Shown here: one piece after another, positions 57,542-64,000 of the stretch | How the letters are laid out: the number at the start of each line of letters is the position of its first letter | How positions within the stretch are numbered: position 1 is the stretch's first letter | NCBI GenBank assembly: GCA_964439615.1 | Contig: CAYTQB010000003.1 | Span: forward strand, 21,453-85,452 | Length of the DNA: 64,000 nt | Direction: 5' to 3' | DNA from: an uncultured Ferruginibacter sp. | GTDB lineage: Bacteria > Bacteroidota > Bacteroidia > Chitinophagales > Chitinophagaceae | Translations under genes and position numbers: made by a program | The notes under the pieces: generated by a model | Seen by the model: the letters and a program-made list of their open reading frames with translations, nothing else | What the model was told of the DNA's origin: nothing | Database searches by the model: none

Positions 57542-58828
57542 ATGGATTGGATAACCCCGCTTGCCATTATTATTTCGCTTTTGCTGATCGGTTTTTTTGC
57601 CGGTATCGAAATTGCCTTTATTTCGGCCAATAAATTATCCATTGAATTAAACCGTAAGCAAGGCACCCATAGCGGAAAGGTATGGGGATATTTTTCTGAC
57701 CGCCCCACCCGTTTCATAGGCACCATATTAGTGGGTATCAATATCGTATTTGTTGTTTATGGGTTGTTGATAGTGGATATGTTATCTCCCATCTGGCTTT
57801 GGATAAAATCAAACCTGCCCGTTTCTTTTAAAAGTTCAGTGGATTATATCAAGCTCTTTGTTGAAACCATCCTGTCCACCCTAATCGTTCTTTTTGTAGA
57901 GTTTATATGCAAGGCTTTCTTCCGGGCCAGGAACAACAATGTACTTAATTCAGGAACCATCAGCTATATCATGCAGTTCTTCTACTGGTTGCTCTCTTCT
58001 ACAGCAGCCCAGTTGGTCAATATTGCCGAATGGATACTGAAATATATTTTCAATGTGAAGATCCACAATAAAAAAGAGATGTTCAGCAAAGTTGACCTGG
58101 AGCATTTTATGCAGCAAAGCGCAGGCAATGAAGAAGAAGACAGCAGCGAGATCAATAAAGAATTATTTGAAAATGCATTATCGCTCAGTGAAACCAAACT
58201 AAGGGAATGCCTGATACCACGGAAAGAGATTGAAGGCGTAAGCAGTAATACATCCATAGTGGAGGTAAAAGAAAAATTCATTAAAACGCAACTAAGCAAA
58301 CTGGTGGTGTACGACAATAATATTGATACCATAGCAGGATATATTCACCAGCTTGACCTGTTTAAGCACCCTTCTTCTGTAAAAGACATATTACTACCGA
58401 TACCTACGGTGCCTGAAAGCATGAGTGCAACCGACCTGATGAATAAATTCAGCAAGGAAAGAAAAACCATTGCCTGGGTAATTGATGAGTTTGGTGGCAC
58501 GGCGGGTATTGTAACCATGGAAGACCTGCTGGAAGAGATCTTTGGAGAGATCAAAGACGAATATGATACGGAAGAGTTTGTAGAGAAACGTTTGTCAGCC
58601 AATGAATTTATTTTCAGCGGCAGGGTTGAGCTTGATTATATAACCGAAAAATACAAGCTGGCATTTCCGAATGATGAAGAAACGGAAACGCTTTCGGGCT
58701 ATATTATTAAGAACAATGAAGAGATCCCCCGGTTAAAAGACCATATCATCATCGGTAATTATGAAATCGACATTCTGAATGTAAGCGATACCCGGATAGA
58801 AATGGTAAAGCTTAAAGTTTTAAAATAA
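57542..58828 (+). CDS. Hemolysin-family CNNM/CBS/CorC protein
   Basis: FFAGIEIA CNNM TM domain, CBS pair, DEFGGTAGIVTMEDLLEEIFGEI and CorC-like C-terminus. Confidence 0.92.
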   Translation: MDWITPLAIIISLLLIGFFAGIEIAFISANKLSIELNRKQGTHSGKVWGYFSDRPTRFIGTILVGINIVFVVYGLLIVDMLSPIWLWIKSNLPVSFKSSVDYIKLFVETILSTLIVLFVEFICKAFFRARNNNVLNSGTISYIMQFFYWLLSSTAAQLVNIAEWILKYIFNVKIHNKKEMFSKVDLEHFMQQSAGNEEEDSSEINKELFENALSLSETKLRECLIPRKEIEGVSSNTSIVEVKEKFIKTQLSKLVVYDNNIDTIAGYIHQLDLFKHPSSVKDILLPIPTVPESMSATDLMNKFSKERKTIAWVIDEFGGTAGIVTMEDLLEEIFGEIKDEYDTEEFVEKRLSANEFIFSGRVELDYITEKYKLAFPNDEETETLSGYIIKNNEEIPRLKDHIIIGNYEIDILNVSDTRIEMVKLKVLK

Positions 58829-58864
58829 TGGTGTTGCAACCAACCCTCTCTTATTTTATTTAAC

Positions 58865-59983
58865 ATGATAATCGCCGTTAACAGCAGGTTTTTAGGGGAA
58901 ACTCAGCCTGATGATTTAGAGAACTTTATCACTGAATGTTTTTCCAGGTTAGCTTTTAAATATGCACAACATCAATTCCTCTACATTTTTAATAAGCCCT
59001 TTGATAAGGACCTGAATTTTCCAAAAAATGTAACGGCTGTTTTTGCCGGCCCCGAAACAAAAAATACCATTTTGTTACAATACTGGCTTAATTATAAATT
59101 ACCTGCCCTCTTACGAAAGTACAAAGCTGAAGTATTTGTAAGTATAGATGGCATGTGTTCCCTGCGTACCAAGCTACCTCAGTGTATGTTAGTGCATGAT
59201 CTCTCTTTCCTGCAATATCCAGGTCTTTTGAAAAAAACGCAGGTACGGTTTCTGAAAAAGTTTACATCGCTGTTTTTAGCTAAAGCAAAAAATATTGTGA
59301 CTGTTTCTCAATTTCACAGATCGCTCATCATTGATCAATACAAAGTTGATACTGGTAAGATCGATACAATCTATCCGGGTATCAATAAACTTTTTATTCC
59401 TGTTTCATTTGAAGAAAGGGAATTGACCAAAGAAAAATATGCAGAAGGAAGAGAATATTTCTTATGCTTGGGTTCAACCGGCTTCAACAGTAATCTCATC
59501 AATCTCTTAAAAGCTTTTTCTTTTTTTAAAAAAAGGCAGAAGAGCAATATGATGTTGCTCATTGCTGATAAAACAGATGAGCAGTTTAAGCAGGAACTGA
59601 AGACATTTAAGTTCAGGAACGAGGTTAAACTTTTGGAAGCTCTATCAAAAGAGGACGTAGCGAAAATAACGGCTGCTGCTTATGCTATGGTTCACCCGGT
59701 TTTTTATGATGCATTTGCAACAGCCCCATCAGGAGCTATGCAATGCAGAGTGCCTGTGCTGTGCAGTAATACTGATACACTGAATGAGTTGTGTGGGAAT
59801 GCGGCATTATATTTTAACCCCGAAGATTTTAAAGACATTGCCGAAAAAATGATGTTGGTATTCAAGGATGAAGACATGGCCAAGGGGCTTGTTAGGACAG
59901 GAGAAATTCGATGCAGGGACTACGATTGGGATAAAACGACCGGTTTGTTATGGCAATCCATACTAAAAGCCATTGATAACTAA
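58865..59983 (+). CDS. Glycosyltransferase family 4-like protein with degenerate donor-binding motifs
   Basis: GT-B features (VHDL, IVTVSQF, PVLCSN, ALYFNP) but DAFATAPSGAM replaces EGFGxPxxEAM. Confidence 0.75.
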   Translation: MIIAVNSRFLGETQPDDLENFITECFSRLAFKYAQHQFLYIFNKPFDKDLNFPKNVTAVFAGPETKNTILLQYWLNYKLPALLRKYKAEVFVSIDGMCSLRTKLPQCMLVHDLSFLQYPGLLKKTQVRFLKKFTSLFLAKAKNIVTVSQFHRSLIIDQYKVDTGKIDTIYPGINKLFIPVSFEERELTKEKYAEGREYFLCLGSTGFNSNLINLLKAFSFFKKRQKSNMMLLIADKTDEQFKQELKTFKFRNEVKLLEALSKEDVAKITAAAYAMVHPVFYDAFATAPSGAMQCRVPVLCSNTDTLNELCGNAALYFNPEDFKDIAEKMMLVFKDEDMAKGLVRTGEIRCRDYDWDKTTGLLWQSILKAIDN

Positions 59984-60064
59984 ATTCAGCTAATTTTGCA
60001 ACCTGCCTGCCATAAGGCAGGTTCACAAACGAAACAGCTATGGATGAGACCCATAGATAAAACC

Positions 60065-60409
60065 ATGAATCAATCTACCATAAAAATTGATGTACTACTA
60101 GACCCCAACAAAATACCCGAGCAAATAAACTGGTCGGCCACCGACAGCACGGCAGATATGATGCAAAAAGCCAAGGCTATGAACATAGCATTTTGGGACG
60201 GCGCTGATAAGACCGCTATGCGTATTGACCTTTGGACAAAAGATATGATGGTGGATGAGATGGCCGATTTTTATTACCAGATGCTAATGGGTATGGCCGA
60301 TACTTTTAAAAGAGCTACCCACCAGCAGGAAATGTGTGATGATATGAAAAAATTTGCGAAAGAATTTTTTGAAAAATTCAGAGCCATACAACTGAAGGAA
60401 CAAAAATAG
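60065..60409 (+). CDS. gldC: Gliding motility protein GldC (likely start ATG 60065)
   Basis: LDPNKIPE, FWDG, RIDLWTKDMMVDEM and TFKRAT motifs; TAATTTTG at 59991-59998. Confidence 0.9.
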   Translation: MNQSTIKIDVLLDPNKIPEQINWSATDSTADMMQKAKAMNIAFWDGADKTAMRIDLWTKDMMVDEMADFYYQMLMGMADTFKRATHQQEMCDDMKKFAKEFFEKFRAIQLKEQK

Positions 60410-60411
60410 CT

Positions 60412-60469
60412 GGAATTAGTAATTTGGAAAACCTGCAAATTAAAAGTACCCAACCTAATTACAAATTCC
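60412..60469. repeat. Short inverted array of 8-nt units
   Basis: GGAATTAGTAATTTGG versus CCTAATTACAAATTCC (14/16). Confidence 0.55.
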
Positions 60470-60503
60470 TATAAAATAACTTAAAACTTAAAAGATAACC
60501 ACT

Positions 60504-60956
60504 ATGAGTTTAGAACAGCAAATAATGACCGAAATGAAAGAGGCAATGAAGGCCAGGGATGAAGGTGTTTTACGTGGCTTACGTGCCATTAAAGCCGAAA
60601 TCATCAAAGCAAAAACAGAACCGGGTGCCGCAGGTGAAATTGATGAAGCAACTGAACAGAAGTTTTTGCAAAAGATGATGAAGCAGCGCAGGGATTCTTT
60701 GGAAATATTTGAGAAGCAGGGGCGGGCCGATCTTGCTGCAAAAGAAAAAGAAGAGATGGCGGTGATAGAAAAGTTTTTACCTAAGCAATTAGATACAAAT
60801 GAGCTGAAAGCAGCAATCCAAAAAATAATTGCAGAAGCGGGAGCATCTTCACCAGCCGACATGGGAAAAGTAATGGGTGTTGCCAGCAAACAACTGGCGG
60901 GAAAGGCCGATGGAAAAACAATCAGTGCAGTGGTAAAAGAGTTGCTTGCCGGTTAA
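60504..60956 (+). CDS. GatB/YqeY domain protein
   Basis: MKEAMKA, KQRRDS, FLPKQL and DMGKVMG motifs. Confidence 0.93.
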   Translation: MSLEQQIMTEMKEAMKARDEGVLRGLRAIKAEIIKAKTEPGAAGEIDEATEQKFLQKMMKQRRDSLEIFEKQGRADLAAKEKEEMAVIEKFLPKQLDTNELKAAIQKIIAEAGASSPADMGKVMGVASKQLAGKADGKTISAVVKELLAG

Positions 60957-60988
60957 TTCCTTTTGATTGAACCAGTGTAAAACATGAT

Positions 60989-61528
60989 ATGCTCATAGAT
61001 TTGGTTTTTGCCGTATTACTTGTGATAGCTATTATTAAAGGTTATCAGAAAGGTTTGATCATTGCGCTTTTTTCCATCATCGCATTTGTGATAGGCCTGG
61101 CAGCGGCATTAAAATTATCTGCTGTTGTTGCATCTTATTTAAAAGACAGTGTTAATGTATCCGCTAAATGGTTGCCCTTTGTTGCCTTTATTATTGTCTT
61201 CCTTGTTGTGGTATTATTGATCAGGCTGGGAGGAAAATTAATTGAGAAGGCATTACAGGTTGTATTGCTGGGTTGGCTTAACCGCATCGGGGGAATAATT
61301 TTGTATGCTGCGCTTTACACTATTATTTTCAGCATTTTTATATTTTACGCCGAAAAATTACAATTGATACAGCCTTCTGTCATCCAGGCTTCTCAAACAT
61401 ATAGTTTCATTCAGCCCTGGGGCCCCGTTATCATGGACAATTTTGGAAAGCTTATTCCGGTTTTTAAAGACATGTTTACGGGATTGGGAGATTTTTTTAG
61501 TGCGATATCCAACAAAATGCCGCATTAA
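60989..61528 (+). CDS. CvpA family membrane protein
   Basis: KGYQKGLI and LGWLNRIGG motifs; four to five TMs. Confidence 0.88.
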   Translation: MLIDLVFAVLLVIAIIKGYQKGLIIALFSIIAFVIGLAAALKLSAVVASYLKDSVNVSAKWLPFVAFIIVFLVVVLLIRLGGKLIEKALQVVLLGWLNRIGGIILYAALYTIIFSIFIFYAEKLQLIQPSVIQASQTYSFIQPWGPVIMDNFGKLIPVFKDMFTGLGDFFSAISNKMPH

Positions 61529-61587
61529 TTTCAGCCATTATCTTATTTAACGTAATTTTAGCCCGAATCGCCGGCCTATATCGTAAT

Positions 61588-62397
61588 ATGGCGGTTTATT
61601 TAAACAATGTGTATCGGGGAATGAGCTACGAAATAAAACAAGACGGGAAATTTAAATTTATAGAAGAAGGCGATGGCGAACCGCTGGTATTGCTGCATGG
61701 ATTATTTGGAGCTTTAAGCAACTTCCAGTTTCTTATTGAGCATTTTCGTAAGTCCAATAAAGTAGTTGTGCCGCTGCTGCCACTACTTGATCTTGATCTT
61801 TTACATACATCGGTTGGGGGGTTACAAAAATTTGTACAGCGTTTTATTGAACACCGGAATTACAACGACATTCATTTGCTTGGAAATTCATTAGGTGGCC
61901 ATGTAGCCCTTGTACATATTTTAAAACATCCGGAGCGTATCAAATCACTCATACTTACCGGTAGTTCGGGCCTGTTTGAGAATGGCATGGGTGATACATA
62001 TCCAAAACGTGGAGACAAAGAGTACATCCGCAAAAAAACAGAACTCACTTTTTATGACCCGGCAATGGCAACAGATGAACTGGTGAACGAGGTTTTTGAA
62101 ATTACCAATAACCGGATGAAGGTCATTAAAATAATTGCCCTGGCCAAGAGCGCCATAAGGAATAACCTGGGAGAAGAATTAAACCAGATAAAACAACCTG
62201 CCTGCCTTATTTGGGGAAACAATGATACCATTACCCCGCCATTTGTTGCCAAAGAATTTCACCGGTTGATACCACATAGTGAATTACATTTTGTTGATAA
62301 ATGCGGCCATGCCCCGATGATGGAAGTGCCCGAAGAGTTCAATAAACTACTGGACGGGTTTTTGACAAGGCTCAAAACCCAGGCTGCGGCTGTATAA
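61588..62397 (+). CDS. Alpha/beta hydrolase (start may be ATG 61621)
   Basis: LHGLFG, GNSLGG nucleophile, WGNND and CGHAPM motifs. Confidence 0.92.
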   Translation: MAVYLNNVYRGMSYEIKQDGKFKFIEEGDGEPLVLLHGLFGALSNFQFLIEHFRKSNKVVVPLLPLLDLDLLHTSVGGLQKFVQRFIEHRNYNDIHLLGNSLGGHVALVHILKHPERIKSLILTGSSGLFENGMGDTYPKRGDKEYIRKKTELTFYDPAMATDELVNEVFEITNNRMKVIKIIALAKSAIRNNLGEELNQIKQPACLIWGNNDTITPPFVAKEFHRLIPHSELHFVDKCGHAPMMEVPEEFNKLLDGFLTRLKTQAAAV

Positions 62398-62473
62398 CAA
62401 AATATTTTGCTCTTATACTTTAAACAAAAAATCCACGTTATTATTTAACTGTAAATTACCTTAAACCAGTTAT

Positions 62474-63136
62474 ATGCTAACTATTGAGCTTATCAATAAC
62501 AATATCCCACGCCTGCAATTAAAAGATTCAGTAAGTAAAGCATTAAGGCTTATCACCGATTTCAGGGTTTCCCATTTGCCTGTTGTAGAAGATGATAAAT
62601 TTCTCGGCCTCATCAGCGAAGAAGACCTTCTTGACCAGGACGAATCAAAAATGCCCATTGAACTGATGCAGGAAACCTTTGTACATGTCTCTGTACGTGA
62701 TAATGAACATTTTTTGAATGCGGTGACCTGCAGCAATCAGGTTGACAGTAACGTGGTGGCTGTTATCAATGAAGAAAGTGAACTAATGGGAGTGATCACC
62801 ACCAACGACCTGTTAAAGACCATCGGTAATTTTGCCGGCACCAATGAGATAGGCGGCATTATCGTATTGGAAATGGAACGCAGCCAGTTTGCTATTTCAG
62901 AGATCAGTCGCATTGTAGAAAGCAACGACGCCACTATTCTTCATCTGAATACAACCGTACATGCAGAAACGGGCATGCTAACAGTTACCATCCATATTAA
63001 TAAAAAAGAAATTTCGGCAATAGTATCAACCTTTGAACGATACGAATTTGACGTTATCTATTATTTTGGCAACGAGAATTTTGAAAATGAGATCCACAGT
63101 AATTACCGCCACCTGATGAATTACCTGGATATTTAA
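62474..63136 (+). CDS. CBS domain protein with an ACT-like C-terminus
   Basis: HLPVV, GLISEEDL and GVITTNDLL motifs. Confidence 0.85.
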   Translation: MLTIELINNNIPRLQLKDSVSKALRLITDFRVSHLPVVEDDKFLGLISEEDLLDQDESKMPIELMQETFVHVSVRDNEHFLNAVTCSNQVDSNVVAVINEESELMGVITTNDLLKTIGNFAGTNEIGGIIVLEMERSQFAISEISRIVESNDATILHLNTTVHAETGMLTVTIHINKKEISAIVSTFERYEFDVIYYFGNENFENEIHSNYRHLMNYLDI

Positions 63137-63194
63137 GAAATATTTTTTACTGCTTATCTTTAAGTGCTCAGCGGTGAAGCAAAGTGTTTATGTA

Positions 63195-64000
63195 ATGATC
63201 TACTTTAAAAAAATATTTTGCTGCAGCCTTATTATTTTCACCTTCCTGTTTGGTCGTGCACAAAAGACTGGGTCTGCTCATATCAGCTTCACCGGCATAG
63301 CGTTACAATCTGCTGATTCGGCTAAGAAAGTTTGTATTACAGAAATCACCGTCCGGGGTAACAAAAGAACCAAAATCGCTGTCATTCTCCGGGAATTACC
63401 TTTTGTAAAAGGTGACTCTATCCCCATCTCAAAACTTGCAGCCGAAATGGAACAGGCCAGAACACAGGTGTACAACACTTCCTTATTTGAAATGGTGAAA
63501 ATAGAAGTGAATATTGATTCATCATCCGCCATCACCGTTAATATCATTACCAACGAGCGCTGGTATATTTATCCTATTCCACAGTTCCAGCTCGTTGACA
63601 GGAATTTCAATGTTTGGTACAAAACCTTTCATCGCAGCCTGAGAAGAGTGAATTACGGTGTAAAATTTGAACACAGCAATCTCACAGGCAACCGTGACAA
63701 ACTGAGGTTATACCTGATCAACGGTTATAGCAGGAACATCTTGTTTAATTATTCTAACCCCAATGTGAATGTTGCACGCACAATGGGATTTTCTTTTGGC
63801 GGAGGTTATTCACAGAACAGGGAAATATCCTATGCCACCAGCGATAGTAACGTGGTGCAGTTCTATCCTCCCGACTCTATAAGAAAGAATATCACTCCTT
63901 TTGTACGCCAGAGTTGGTTTATTAATGCCGGTTACACCATCCGCAAAGGTTTTTTTTCGAGGCATTCTTTTAATGCCGGATATACTTACCTCAAAGTAGT
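63195..64000 (+). CDS. POTRA-domain outer-membrane protein (BamA/TamA-like), 3'-truncated; absent from the ORF track
   Basis: From ATG 63195: MIYFKKIFCCSL...ITEITVRGNKRTKIAVILRELPF...NTSLF...VERWY-like (NERWYIYP); no stop before the window end. Confidence 0.8.
   Translation, partial: MIYFKKIFCCSLIIFTFLFGRAQKTGSAHISFTGIALQSADSAKKVCITEITVRGNKRTKIAVILRELPFVKGDSIPISKLAAEMEQARTQVYNTSLFEMVKIEVNIDSSSAITVNIITNERWYIYPIPQFQLVDRNFNVWYKTFHRSLRRVNYGVKFEHSNLTGNRDKLRLYLINGYSRNILFNYSNPNVNVARTMGFSFGGGYSQNREISYATSDSNVVQFYPPDSIRKNITPFVRQSWFINAGYTIRKGFFSRHSFNAGYTYLKV

Overview
Densely coding, AT-rich Bacteroidota chromosome segment, probably Chitinophagaceae (inferred from TAnnTTTG -7 promoters, gldC, a T9SS C-terminal domain protein and gene content). 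It is mostly housekeeping: purA, purD, pabB, clpP-clpP-clpX, galE, serS, mreBCD-mrdA-rodA, murA, gmk, gcvH, and ATP synthase genes split into a stand-alone atpA and a separate atpBEFH operon. No rRNA, tRNA, CRISPR, transposase or prophage was seen. The most interesting signals are: (1) an ~11-kb phosphate-acquisition locus (PiT with a large extra domain, DUF47, OprO/P porin, TonB-dependent receptor plus beta-helix lipoprotein without SusD, PhoR/PhoB-like pair) with four arrays of TAACAT-like hexamers at exact 11-bp spacing; (2) an ECF-type promoter motif (TTAAAC[C/T]T-N16-TCT[T/G]A) found before an ECF sigma, its anti-sigma and the DUF1800-DUF1501 pair 36 kb away, which suggests a regulon; (3) eight intergenic inverted repeats built from tandem 7-, 8- or 9-nt units; (4) a small-protein/nucleotidyltransferase module, a 737-aa exported protein with a His/Cys dyad-like motif, an acidic/basic block protein and an apparently degenerate GT4. 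All family assignments come from motif recognition by eye; no database searches were run.
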